Source: Methanobacteriota archaeon
Lineage (GTDB): Archaea > Thermoplasmatota > Poseidoniia > Poseidoniales > Poseidoniaceae
Assembly (NCBI GenBank): GCA_018649825.1
Contig: JABIHC010000176.1
Span: 1-61,642 of the forward strand
Direction of reading: 5' to 3'
Length of the DNA: 61,642 nt
Shown here: piece after piece, positions 19,119-28,728 of the stretch
Layout of the letters: each line of letters begins with the position of its first letter
Position numbering within the stretch: position 1 is the first letter of the stretch
Made by a program: the position numbers and the translations under genes
The notes under the pieces: generated by a model
Told to the model about the DNA's origin: nothing
What the model saw: the letters and a program-made list of their open reading frames with translations, nothing else
The model's database searches: none

Positions 19119-21875
19119 TTAGGAATACTTGGCCCCACAAGTGCCACATTCATCTGCATCCATTGCTAAGTCAGCACCGCATGCACCACATTCACCCATT
19201 TCCGCCTTCTTTCGACGGGCGGCTTTACGAGGTTTCTTTACAGACAATTCGTCATCTTCAAAGGAGAAATCCATTGCATCTTCTGGTAGTTCATTTCCAA
19301 CAAGCCCGCGGTCTGCTTGAACTAGACCAATATTGACCTTGTCGCCTTCTCTTACCCCATCTTCACCTGTTATCTCATAGTATTTCTCGCGAATTTCAGC
19401 ATCACTTGCAGACAATTTTTTACCGTCATCTGTGCCACCCTGAAGATGAATTACTTTATCCTTGCCCGATAAGATTTCATCAACTGTTTCGCCAACGAAA
19501 GTGTCTCCACCGGCGCTAAGGATCCCCTCTGCCAAATCTTCCTCGCCTTCCAATATCTCAGCATTTTCTGCATCCCAACGGGCTTCCATTTCAGCCATTT
19601 CTGCTTCAGCAGCAGTGATTTGCTCGTCCCACTCGTCTCCGAGTTGTTCGGCATCATATCCAAACTCAGTGACTTCGGCGTCAAAGTCAGCAGAACCGGT
19701 AACAATAGCATCCTCATCCTCTTCTTCATCTTCATCTTCACTTTCTTCAACCACAGGTATTGCCTTTTCATGACGCTCTCTAGTTTCATAATGGCTACTG
19801 ATATCTTGCTCAGTTCCACAAAAGGAACAATGAGATATCATGCTAGGAATATTTTCACCGCAAGTTTCACAATCATGGAATCTTCTTCGAGCCTTTTTAA
19901 GATTAAAGGAACAATATGGGCACTCCGTTTCATCGCCCACTAATTCTCCATCACAAGCCGGACAATAATCGTAAATACCGCGCTCAATTTCTTCATCGGG
20001 TTCACGAGTAAGAATAAAGGCTGCAACTGAAATTATTACCAACCCAAATACAATAATTCCAAGAATTAATACTAGGCCTATCCCCGAACTAACTTCATCA
20101 TTTCCGTCGCCACCGAGGGCTAGTACAGACCATGTGCGCGAATGAGTTTGTGCAGAGGAGTCAAGTGCCACTATCGAAAGACCATAGTCGCCATTTGTTT
20201 CAATTGTGAAAATGCAAGTAATAGATGTTTCCTCGCCAATTTGGGAGATGCTGACATTTGCCTGATGCAATTCATCCCCATTGCCATCGCGACAAGAGAA
20301 TGTTTCCTCGCCAATTCCACTACTTACTAGGCTAATTGTGTATGCGTAAGTCTTACTTTCACCCAAGGGTGGGTCAACCACAAAGCCATCAGCAGAACCG
20401 GAAGTGAGGGTGCCGGTATTCGCCAAGAATGTCAGACTAAGGTCGGAGGTAACAACTATTTCGCCAGAAGAAATGCTATCCGTGGCATCTGCATCATAAG
20501 AAGTTGAATGAGCGACCCAAGTCGCAACGAAATGTGCATCATGTGGATTTTGTGCGGTTATTAGAGTAACATCCCAATTCATTGAGCCATAGGCATCGAT
20601 ATTGATGATTTCTGAAGTCAAGTTTTGCCCTTCCCAAGAATAATCAATTCTACCATTTACCGCTATGTCTCCTGTATTTTGCATCACAACTGTCCAAGTT
20701 ACCGATTCGCCTGCGGGCCTTGAAGTTGAAGATGGGTGTGCAATAGGGTCTAGAGCTACATTAGGAATTGGCCTAATTGTCATCATTCCAGTTGTTTGGT
20801 CGTTTGTAGTATCGGATTGTGTGAGTATTGAGAACGGATCTATTGTAGCCTGAAGTGCATATTCACCTGCATCCAACATGGCTACTTGTTGACTGTTTAA
20901 TTGAAATTGAAATGTTGTACTTGTATTTGCAGGATCTATTGCTATTTCAAGTGGAGAAATTGTTGGCGAAGGGCCTGATGTCATTACCTGGAAGCCTATT
21001 TGAATAAGAGTGGTTTGACTCAAATATTGACCCGAAACTGAACCAGAAATTGTCCATGGCCCCAACAAACTTTCTGCTGGTGAGGTAATAGTTAGAGTTG
21101 AGGGGAAAGCAAAATCAGGGTCGGGCAATACATTAACCGAAGTAGACAACATACCACTACCTTCTGCTACTTCGTTAACTACATCATAAGCATCTGGAAC
21201 GGCAATTACCGACCAATTGCCTGCATTTGCAAAAGTAAGGGTTGTATTTGCCCAAGCGGTTTCACCGGGATTTAGTGCAGGTACATTCACATCAACAGTT
21301 GAATCACTATCGCCTTCAATTCCAATTTGCGTAGTACTGATGTCAGAAGCAACAGTTCCGGAATTTGTTATCAAAGCAGCAACATTGCCAACGTCACCAT
21401 TGCGCAATCCGGAAGGAGTTACATCGAGTTGGCTAACTTCCAAATTAGCCAAACCCACAACAGTGAATTCCTTGTAAAATTGTAAAGGAGTATCCCCATT
21501 ATACTCCACACTAACCCACACTTTACGCTGACCTTCAGCTAATCCACTCCAAACAGTATTCACGGTAGCAAAATCATTACCTGAAATTGTGACAACATTT
21601 GATTCCAACAACTTGCTTGAAGAAATACCATCTTTATAGAAGGAATACTGAACATCATTTGCCGAAACTGAATTATTATTGAAAAGAGTGAGGGAAATAG
21701 ATACTGAACCACCCATTGCCGGTTCAGAGGGAGAAAGCCCGATGCTGGAAGGACCTGCTTCAATCCCCCCTGTATCATCGGCAGAAACGCTCAACGGCAC
21801 CAAGGATAACGGAGCAAGAAGGAGCAACATCAGCAGGGGCCAAGCGGCTAAGCGGCGTCTCATCAACCCCCTCAC
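19119..21875 (-). CDS. Large surface protein: signal peptide, repeated beta-sandwich (CARDB-like) ectodomain, one TM, acidic cytoplasmic tail with three zinc ribbons
   Basis: Signal peptide RRRLAAWPLLMLLLLAPLSLVPLSVSA and TM helix GIGLVLILGIIVFGLVIISVAAFILT. The tail motifs are CPACDGELVGDETECPYC, CETCGENIPSMISHCSFCG and the terminal CGACGADLAMDADECGTCG. Confidence 0.7.
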   Translation of the reverse strand: MRGLMRRRLAAWPLLMLLLLAPLSLVPLSVSADDTGGIEAGPSSIGLSPSEPAMGGSVSISLTLFNNNSVSANDVQYSFYKDGISSSKLLESNVVTISGNDFATVNTVWSGLAEGQRKVWVSVEYNGDTPLQFYKEFTVVGLANLEVSQLDVTPSGLRNGDVGNVAALITNSGTVASDISTTQIGIEGDSDSTVDVNVPALNPGETAWANTTLTFANAGNWSVIAVPDAYDVVNEVAEGSGMLSTSVNVLPDPDFAFPSTLTITSPAESLLGPWTISGSVSGQYLSQTTLIQIGFQVMTSGPSPTISPLEIAIDPANTSTTFQFQLNSQQVAMLDAGEYALQATIDPFSILTQSDTTNDQTTGMMTIRPIPNVALDPIAHPSSTSRPAGESVTWTVVMQNTGDIAVNGRIDYSWEGQNLTSEIINIDAYGSMNWDVTLITAQNPHDAHFVATWVAHSTSYDADATDSISSGEIVVTSDLSLTFLANTGTLTSGSADGFVVDPPLGESKTYAYTISLVSSGIGEETFSCRDGNGDELHQANVSISQIGEETSITCIFTIETNGDYGLSIVALDSSAQTHSRTWSVLALGGDGNDEVSSGIGLVLILGIIVFGLVIISVAAFILTREPDEEIERGIYDYCPACDGELVGDETECPYCSFNLKKARRRFHDCETCGENIPSMISHCSFCGTEQDISSHYETRERHEKAIPVVEESEDEDEEEDEDAIVTGSADFDAEVTEFGYDAEQLGDEWDEQITAAEAEMAEMEARWDAENAEILEGEEDLAEGILSAGGDTFVGETVDEILSGKDKVIHLQGGTDDGKKLSASDAEIREKYYEITGEDGVREGDKVNIGLVQADRGLVGNELPEDAMDFSFEDDELSVKKPRKAARRKKAEMGECGACGADLAMDADECGTCGAKYS

Positions 21876-22057
21876 TAAAGCGGGGGGTCTTGAATCCTCA
21901 CCCTCTAAACACCAACAATCAAGCGAAAATGGCTTTAGTCAAAAATACGGTAATACTCTGTCAAACCGCCTAATGGGCCTAAACTTCAATTTGCCAATTT
22001 AGTAGCGAATAAGAGCAAGACTTGAAGGCATCCCGCTGATGTCGGCGTAATGGTCAG

Positions 22058-23899
22058 ATGCGAAATTGGCTCCTCCTCGGCGTGGTCTTCGGACTTATTT
22101 TCTCTTCAGTAAACCCAGCAATGCTGACAGAAGGTGAAGCCAGACAACACTTTGTAGATTCTGCAATCGTTTTGCAGTTCCATAATGGTCCAAGCGCAAG
22201 TGATAATGTAACAGGCTCCTTCATTCTAATTATTTCTCTAGCAGGAAATGGAACACTCTCTAATGTTACTATTGAACATTCACAAGATAATAGTAATTGG
22301 TCGGAATTAACAACTCTCACCTCTTCACCATGGATTTACTCTTGGGATACTACTGCACATAGTAATGGAACTTGGTATCTACGTACCTTTGGCTATGATT
22401 CCTCAGTCAACAATTCAACTACAATTACCGAAACTGGTGCTTTCAATATTGTTAACCAAATACCTCTAATCACCCAGTTCAGCCTTGCTGATTCCGAATA
22501 TGGCTCGGGGATGGGCCCAACGGATAGAGCATGGTATACCAGTGCAACAAATTCTACTCTTGAATTTTCTTGGTCAGCAAGTGATGATGACCTCTCATAT
22601 GCTACACTGACTAATGTTCCTGGCACTGGATCGCCCGCTGATGATGGACCTAGCGCAATTAACCATGGTTGGTCTTGGTCGCCCGGTGATTTGTCTGAAG
22701 GCACTTGGAACCCACGAATCACCGTTTACGATAATTCTGGATTATCCGCTTCACAGACAATATACATGGGAATTGACCGAAGCGGCCCCACAATCGGAAC
22801 TCCAGTTCTTGCCAGCGGTGCAACTTGGGCAGACTCAGCAACTATCTCTGTTAGTGGACTTGGAAGCGCAGGCGGAGATGGTAGTGGAAGTGGTGTTGAA
22901 CATTACGAATGGCGCATAGAAGGCAATGGGAATTGGACCAATATCGGTTCAACCGGCAGCGCTAGCATCACCCTTACAGAAGGTCAGCATATTCTTGAAT
23001 TTCGCGGCATTGACAATGTCGGAAATATCGGTTCAGCGGTCAACTCAAGTATTGGAATAGACACAACAAACCCACTCGGTGGCACTTGGATGGTTGATGA
23101 GTTAACAACCAGCCGAATCGGAGCGGCAAATGTTTCATTCAGCGCTACTGACAGTGGGTCTGGTGTTGATTTGGCTGCGAGTGGAATTGAATTTGGTTTT
23201 GATTCAAATGGTGCAGGAAGCACCCCCGATGTAACTGGGGCATGGCTTGACCTAGGTTCCGGTGGGCTTTCTGGTGCAGTTTCCCTTACATCATGGAGCA
23301 CTAAATCACATCAATACTTGGCCTTGCGGGCAACTGTTGAGGATGAGGCGGGGAATACCTTTGTCGGCCAACCAGCATTTTTCCAAATCCTGCCCGGCTT
23401 AGACTTTGGTTGGAATACCAGTAGTATTGATATTGATCGCTTTATTGTGCGCCCCGGAAATGATGCTGTAGTTTGGATTAACAGTTCGATTGAATCAAAT
23501 GAGATTTACAATGGTGGCGTTATCGTCGCCTTACAAACTGCTCCTGCGGACAGAGATTCTTCGGTAACTTGGACTACCCAAGATACTCGTGCTTTGGGTG
23601 CTGGGACTCTTAGCGATATGAGTGAGGACATTCTTTGGAATTATACGGTTACTGCTGAAGGCCAATGGGACCTGCGATTAATAATTGATCCCGATGGATT
23701 AATTGATGAACGAGACGAAGGAAATAATGACCATTATCTCGTAGTTACGGGAGTAACTACACAATTAGTTGCAGTAGTGCCAAGTTTTGCCCCAAGCCTA
23801 CTTGCAATAATTATTGTTGGACTAGGCATTTCTTGGCTAATGAGGCGTAATAATTCATTAACCGTTGCAGAGAATGAGACTGAAGAAGCAAGTAATTGA
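22058..23899 (+). CDS. Surface protein with Ig-like repeats and C-terminal TM anchor
   Basis: Signal peptide MRNWLLLGVVFGLIFSSVNPA. Repeated SG(S)GV...EGQHILEFRGIDNVGN-type Ig-like modules are present. The C-terminal helix is LLAIIIVGLGISWLMRR. Confidence 0.7.
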   Translation: MRNWLLLGVVFGLIFSSVNPAMLTEGEARQHFVDSAIVLQFHNGPSASDNVTGSFILIISLAGNGTLSNVTIEHSQDNSNWSELTTLTSSPWIYSWDTTAHSNGTWYLRTFGYDSSVNNSTTITETGAFNIVNQIPLITQFSLADSEYGSGMGPTDRAWYTSATNSTLEFSWSASDDDLSYATLTNVPGTGSPADDGPSAINHGWSWSPGDLSEGTWNPRITVYDNSGLSASQTIYMGIDRSGPTIGTPVLASGATWADSATISVSGLGSAGGDGSGSGVEHYEWRIEGNGNWTNIGSTGSASITLTEGQHILEFRGIDNVGNIGSAVNSSIGIDTTNPLGGTWMVDELTTSRIGAANVSFSATDSGSGVDLAASGIEFGFDSNGAGSTPDVTGAWLDLGSGGLSGAVSLTSWSTKSHQYLALRATVEDEAGNTFVGQPAFFQILPGLDFGWNTSSIDIDRFIVRPGNDAVVWINSSIESNEIYNGGVIVALQTAPADRDSSVTWTTQDTRALGAGTLSDMSEDILWNYTVTAEGQWDLRLIIDPDGLIDERDEGNNDHYLVVTGVTTQLVAVVPSFAPSLLAIIIVGLGISWLMRRNNSLTVAENETEEASN

Positions 23900-24008
23900 G
23901 GATTTATTCCGATACCCTTTTTCCGCTTCCAAGGAAATTGAAGCGAGTAGTGTCGAGGATACTTTGGAAGTTCCAAGTAGCCGATTTAGTGTGAACGCTG
24001 GGCGAGAT

Positions 24009-24746
24009 TCACTCTTCTTCCCAAGTAATTATTTCATCTTCTTCTAATTCCAATACTTCTGCGACTGCATCTTCATCAGAGGGATCAACTTGAGATGCCT
24101 TGAGGCGACGATTTCGGCGACGAGCAACATCTGCTAATCCAGGGACTAATTCATCGAATCCAGCCGGCATCGGAGTATCGGTTGTTTCGATATAATCCAA
24201 ATTCCGATTTTCAAGGCGCATCCGCTTAGCATCTTTTTCTAAGCCATTGATAACTGAACCATGCTCGGAGCCGCTAGCCAACCTTTCAATTGCATTTTTT
24301 GCTAACAATATTCCATTTTCATCGCCCACAATTACGACCGTTGAACCGTAAACTGAAATTTCACAATTTGTATGTTGTTCAATTATTCGTCGGATTTTCC
24401 CTTCGGTTCCAATGATTCGGCCGCGTATGCGTCTTTGCTGATGGCTGCGCTTACCGACAAAATTTCGCAAATCAACCATTTCAAAAAAACAATCATCATT
24501 GAGAAGATTCACTGCATTTAGTGGCGACATACCCCTTGCGATGGCCTTTATCACATCGGGCATCTTCAGTTGTTTCACTGCATCAAACTCACCCGGTTTC
24601 GGCCAGAGGGCCGAGACATCACCCGTTTCAGAATTGATGTTGAGGTGTTGGCAACCAGATGCTTCTTGCAGCATTTTACGGGTTGCTCCCTTTGAACCGA
24701 TCAAGACCGCAATGCGGTCTTGGGGTACACGAGCGAGGGGCTGCAT
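24009..24746 (-). CDS. KH-domain RNA-binding protein (archaeal Dim2/Pno1-like)
   Basis: Two KH modules are present (IAVLIGSKGATRKMLQE, RIIGTEGKIRRIIEQ). The gene lies downstream of aIF-1A and Rio1, the conserved archaeal arrangement. Confidence 0.85.
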   Translation of the reverse strand: MQPLARVPQDRIAVLIGSKGATRKMLQEASGCQHLNINSETGDVSALWPKPGEFDAVKQLKMPDVIKAIARGMSPLNAVNLLNDDCFFEMVDLRNFVGKRSHQQRRIRGRIIGTEGKIRRIIEQHTNCEISVYGSTVVIVGDENGILLAKNAIERLASGSEHGSVINGLEKDAKRMRLENRNLDYIETTDTPMPAGFDELVPGLADVARRRNRRLKASQVDPSDEDAVAEVLELEEDEIITWEEE

Positions 24747-24878
24747 AATGCTGGCGACAAAACTCCCCTCTTTGAATCAGTCGCTTGAGAAAACAAACAA
24801 TTTTGCCATAAAAAAGTAGGTGCAAGCAATAATTTCCCGCTATCCGAGCATTATTTGCATCTATTATGATGAGACTAA

Positions 24879-26087
24879 TTATTCCTCTTCATTATAACGT
24901 GTGAAATTATGTATCTTTTCAAGAACATCAGCAGGTAGCAATTCTTCAGGGGGCGTATTTAGGACGTCGTAAAGAATATCAGCAACCGAAGTTTCAATTC
25001 CATTTGATTTAGCCCAAGTCACCAGCCTTTCGATATCTCTAACCAAGAACTCCTGCGAATGTGGGTGAGCAAGGGCAACTGCTTGACCGACATCAATAAC
25101 CAAAGGAATTCCGTCATGCCACAAAATATTGTAGGGTGAAAAATCACCATGAACCAAACCTGCGTTTTGCCAACAACCTGCTAAGAAATATACGAGTTGG
25201 TCAAAAACTACTTGCTTGTCCTCAATTTTTACATCACGAAGACGGGGGCTGGGGCCAGTTTCATTCCCTAGATATTCCATTACCAATACATTATTCAGCA
25301 CTCCAAACGGTTCGGGAACCGCCAAGCCAACCCTTCGCATCCTCAACATATTGCGATGTTCCTTGCGCACCCAAATCGTCACTAAATCACGATGTTTGCG
25401 CTTTAAGCCAGAAAAACGCGGGTCTCCTTCAATATATTTTAGCAAATTTTTGAATACTGCATTACCTGTGTGAAATATTTTCACTGCAATCGCCCCGCTC
25501 TCGCCCTCGCCGCGGAAAACATGCGCTTCTTTGCCTCTGGCAATCGGCCATTCAACTGTATCAATCGCACCAGATTTCATCAATTTGTAAATTGACATTA
25601 GAGTTAAACGATCAAAAACTTGGTCAAACACACGTCTGTCAACCCAATCATAAGAACCTGTTCCGAGTACACCTTGCAAACCATGTTCAATCTCTTCAAA
25701 CATTGACTTGTAGCGTTTTTCTTTCATCCATGCCCATTTTCCTGAAGCCTTTTCCATGCTATCAAACTGCTGGCGCTCTAGGCGTTCTAGTTCTTTTTCG
25801 GACAGAGCTAATTCTTCCCAAGTCTTGCCATCCATCCCCCCTGCGTCCTCTAAATCTGTTGAGTTGTTATTACGCCTGGATTTTCGCCCTTTCCTCGGCT
25901 GGATAATATCCTCAAAATCACCATGCTCATCTACGAAATCATCCCAATTCTGCCGCCCTTTAGAGCGCTTGGTGCGACCTTTGCGGTTGCGCTTTGGATT
26001 TTCACGGGGCTCAGACAATCTGCTTCCTCGCCCTACCCAACAGGTCTTGTCTTGAAGCAGTTTCGCTTTCAAACTGCCAATGCTCAA
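24879..26087 (-). CDS. rio1: RIO-type serine kinase (Rio1) with basic N-terminal extension
   Basis: ARGKEAHVF..AVKIFH, VHGDFSPYNILW and VIDVGQAV blocks match Rio1. The ORF opens with TTG at 26087; the first ATG is at 25835, so the length of the extension is uncertain. Confidence 0.88.
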   Translation of the reverse strand: MSIGSLKAKLLQDKTCWVGRGSRLSEPRENPKRNRKGRTKRSKGRQNWDDFVDEHGDFEDIIQPRKGRKSRRNNNSTDLEDAGGMDGKTWEELALSEKELERLERQQFDSMEKASGKWAWMKEKRYKSMFEEIEHGLQGVLGTGSYDWVDRRVFDQVFDRLTLMSIYKLMKSGAIDTVEWPIARGKEAHVFRGEGESGAIAVKIFHTGNAVFKNLLKYIEGDPRFSGLKRKHRDLVTIWVRKEHRNMLRMRRVGLAVPEPFGVLNNVLVMEYLGNETGPSPRLRDVKIEDKQVVFDQLVYFLAGCWQNAGLVHGDFSPYNILWHDGIPLVIDVGQAVALAHPHSQEFLVRDIERLVTWAKSNGIETSVADILYDVLNTPPEELLPADVLEKIHNFTRYNEEE

Positions 26088-26205
26088 TCACTTGAGAACT
26101 CAATCTTGAAGAAAATACTTTGCACTAATATTTCAAACAAATCAAATACTGTAGGTTGCAAGAAACTTCGCAATTACAGCACTAATTGGCACAACCACAG
26201 GGTAG

Positions 26206-26949
26206 TTAGGCGAAAAGATTAGCGAGGTCGGTATCTTCCTCGTCATCGTCATCGTCATCATCAAACTCCTCCTCTTGAACAGGAGTCTCTAGCTCAGCAG
26301 GTTCACTACTTTCTTCTTCATTGGCTGCATCTTCAGAAGGTGTGTCGGGTGTGTCGGGTGTGTCAGAAGCATCAGAAGCATCAGTGGGAGTATCGCCAGT
26401 TGGCTCGGCATCAGCGAAAAGCCCATCTTCGTCATCATCATCATCACCATCTGCAAAGAGGTCATCAACATCATCATCATCAACATCATCATCAACTTCT
26501 TCTGCTACTTCTTCCCTTCCGGTTGGCTTAGAACCGGGGGCAGCGAAAAGCCCATCTTCATCATCAAAGACATCACGCTGATTTAGTCCAAAAATATCTA
26601 CAATTTCAGGAAGCATTCCCTTCCTAGAGAGATAGAGTGCTTGAGTCTTATTATATCGATGCTTTACATCTGCTTTTGCATCTTGGAAATCCCATGGCCA
26701 AACGATAATGAGGTCACCTTCACGAACCCATTGACGCCTTCGCATCTTTCCAGGGATGCGGGCAAGTCGAGTTTGTCCATCTGCACAAACAACATTTACG
26801 CGGCGGCCGCCGAGGATTTTATCTGCGATAGCAAACATCTCATTGACCTTACGATTAGGCATCTTTACGCGAATTTTGTCAGCGCCTCCGCCACCCATTA
26901 ATTGAGCGAGGTACTCCTCATCCACTTTCTCTTCACGACGGCGAGCCAT
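26206..26949 (-). CDS. eif1a: Translation initiation factor aIF-1A with a long acidic C-terminal tail
   Basis: The S1/OB core reads VNVVCADGQTRLARIPGKMRRRQWVREGDLIIVWPWDFQDAKADVKHRY. ATG 26949 (MARRREEK) is the likely start; the ORF opens at TTG 26976. About 130 residues after the core are D/E-rich. Confidence 0.9.
   Translation of the reverse strand: MARRREEKVDEEYLAQLMGGGGADKIRVKMPNRKVNEMFAIADKILGGRRVNVVCADGQTRLARIPGKMRRRQWVREGDLIIVWPWDFQDAKADVKHRYNKTQALYLSRKGMLPEIVDIFGLNQRDVFDDEDGLFAAPGSKPTGREEVAEEVDDDVDDDDVDDLFADGDDDDDEDGLFADAEPTGDTPTDASDASDTPDTPDTPSEDAANEEESSEPAELETPVQEEEFDDDDDDDEEDTDLANLFA
26339..26383. repeat. Short in-frame tandem repeats (3 x 9 nt GGTGTGTCG/A, then 2 x 9 nt GAAGCATCA) inside the aIF-1A tail
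   Basis: Read directly from the sequence. On the minus strand they encode DASDAS-DTPDTPDTP. Confidence 0.8.
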
Positions 26950-27008
26950 GTTATTCAAGCCTCGGCGGCGGCTCAATATACTTGAAGTCGTTGGTTTTTA
27001 CAAGCAAT

Positions 27009-28727
27009 TTAGATGGTTGCTGCAGCGGTTTGACAGTATTCAATCAAGAAGTCAGCATTTAATCCGATTAGTAAAGTGCCAGTCAAACAAGCCCAAATTG
27101 TGAATCGAATATACCAAGCACGTGCAAGAGGTTTGCGACGGTCCTCTGGAGGTGCATCAAAGAACATTACAACTCCAATGCGCAAATAATAGAATATTGA
27201 AATTGCGCTATTTAGGAATACTGCAAGTGCCAACCAGAAAGTCCAGTGTAAGTCACTCATTGCAACGCCTGATGCTGCATCAACCAATGACATTTTTACA
27301 ATTCCACCAATCAATAGGAACTTACTCATGAATCCAGCAAGAGGTGGGACTCCTGCAAGAGAAAGCATGAAGATGAACATTGCAGTTGCAATTACTGGAT
27401 CACGCTTTGCTAAGCCGGCTAAGTCCTTTGAAGAGGTGATTTGTCCATCTAGTTCAACCAAAGCAAGAACCAAGAAAGCCCCGAGTTTGAAAGCGACTAA
27501 TACAGCGAGATGGAATAATATTGCGGCTAATATCCATTCACCTGCACCAGTTGTTGCATCATTTCCTTCACCTATCCATGCGCCATATGCAGTGAGCCCT
27601 GCAAGCATATATCCAGCATGAGCTACGCTTGAATATGCGAGCATTCTCTTTGGATTATCGCTACCAAGTGCAGCGACATTACCCCAAGTCATTGTTACGA
27701 GGGAAATAATTCCAAGACCCATCATCCATACTGTGGAAGATTCTGCTTCAGGTGAAGCAATCATTGCAAGCACTCTAATTAGACCGATGAATCCCATTGC
27801 CTTGGAAACTGTTGCCAGTAACCCTCCTATTGGCGCTGATGCACCTGAATAAGCATCTGGTGCAGCAAAATGGAATGGAACGGCACTTACCTTGAATGCA
27901 AATCCAACTAATACAAAACACAAACCAAGGAGTGGTAATGCACCAACCCCGTCCATTGTACCCCAAGCCTCTGCAAGGCCGATTTGCCCGGTCACAGTAT
28001 TGGAAAGAAGTTGTAAGTTACCATTCCAAATGTAGAGAAGCGACAGACCATATAGGCCTACGGCGGAAGAAATGGCTCCGACAATGAAATACTTTGCACC
28101 ACCTTCTGCTCCTTCGGGAGTTTCCTTTTGGAAGGCGACTAATACAAAGATTGCAAGGCTGGCAATCTCTAGTCCTACGAAGAACATGAATAAATCCATT
28201 GCCATAGTGACAACCGACATTCCAATAGCACTCATTAGTAGAAGAATATAGAAATCTGCTTGGCGCCGATTATTAATCATCTGCTTCATTTGCAAACTCT
28301 TCCCACGCTTTGCTGGCATGCGGTCAATCATTGCAACTGATATTAGCAATAATGCAACATAGAAAACAGATTCCATTAACCGACTAAAGGCGTCAACACG
28401 GAGCATCAAATTTGCTTCAGCACCGCTTCCAGAAGTAAGGTACCAAGTCTGACCCTCGCCGGATTGGCTCATTACTGCTTGCCACAATGCAGTCAGCAAG
28501 GTTGCAACTGCTAACATTGCGGGAAGTTGCGGGTCAGATGTTGCCCTGAAACGCTTTCCACCAAACAAAACCGGCAAACGGATTTGAGTCATTGGAATTC
28601 GCCATTTAGCATCACCAAGATTTGGAATAATCAACATCATCACAACACCAAGAAGGAGGGTGATCTCAGGCGCAAGTGCTTCCCAAGTTTGGCCACCTTC
28701 AGTGAAAAGTTGAACTTCAGTTACCAT
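27009..28727 (-). CDS. nuoN: NADH-quinone oxidoreductase-like complex, subunit N
   Basis: Polytopic antiporter-like subunit at the last position of the nuo operon. ATG 28727 lies 6 nt after GGAGGTG; the ORF opens at 28742. Confidence 0.85.
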   Translation of the reverse strand: MVTEVQLFTEGGQTWEALAPEITLLLGVVMMLIIPNLGDAKWRIPMTQIRLPVLFGGKRFRATSDPQLPAMLAVATLLTALWQAVMSQSGEGQTWYLTSGSGAEANLMLRVDAFSRLMESVFYVALLLISVAMIDRMPAKRGKSLQMKQMINNRRQADFYILLLMSAIGMSVVTMAMDLFMFFVGLEIASLAIFVLVAFQKETPEGAEGGAKYFIVGAISSAVGLYGLSLLYIWNGNLQLLSNTVTGQIGLAEAWGTMDGVGALPLLGLCFVLVGFAFKVSAVPFHFAAPDAYSGASAPIGGLLATVSKAMGFIGLIRVLAMIASPEAESSTVWMMGLGIISLVTMTWGNVAALGSDNPKRMLAYSSVAHAGYMLAGLTAYGAWIGEGNDATTGAGEWILAAILFHLAVLVAFKLGAFLVLALVELDGQITSSKDLAGLAKRDPVIATAMFIFMLSLAGVPPLAGFMSKFLLIGGIVKMSLVDAASGVAMSDLHWTFWLALAVFLNSAISIFYYLRIGVVMFFDAPPEDRRKPLARAWYIRFTIWACLTGTLLIGLNADFLIEYCQTAAATI

Positions 28728-28728
28728 T

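Noticed and set aside
26289-26581. His-rich (HHHHHH), Met-rich and Ser-rich ORFs in several frames, and apparent DNA repeats
   Set aside because: These are frame-shifted or antisense readings of the GAT/GAA-rich sequence encoding the acidic aIF-1A tail. The repeats are in-frame codon repeats, not a CRISPR array or satellite.
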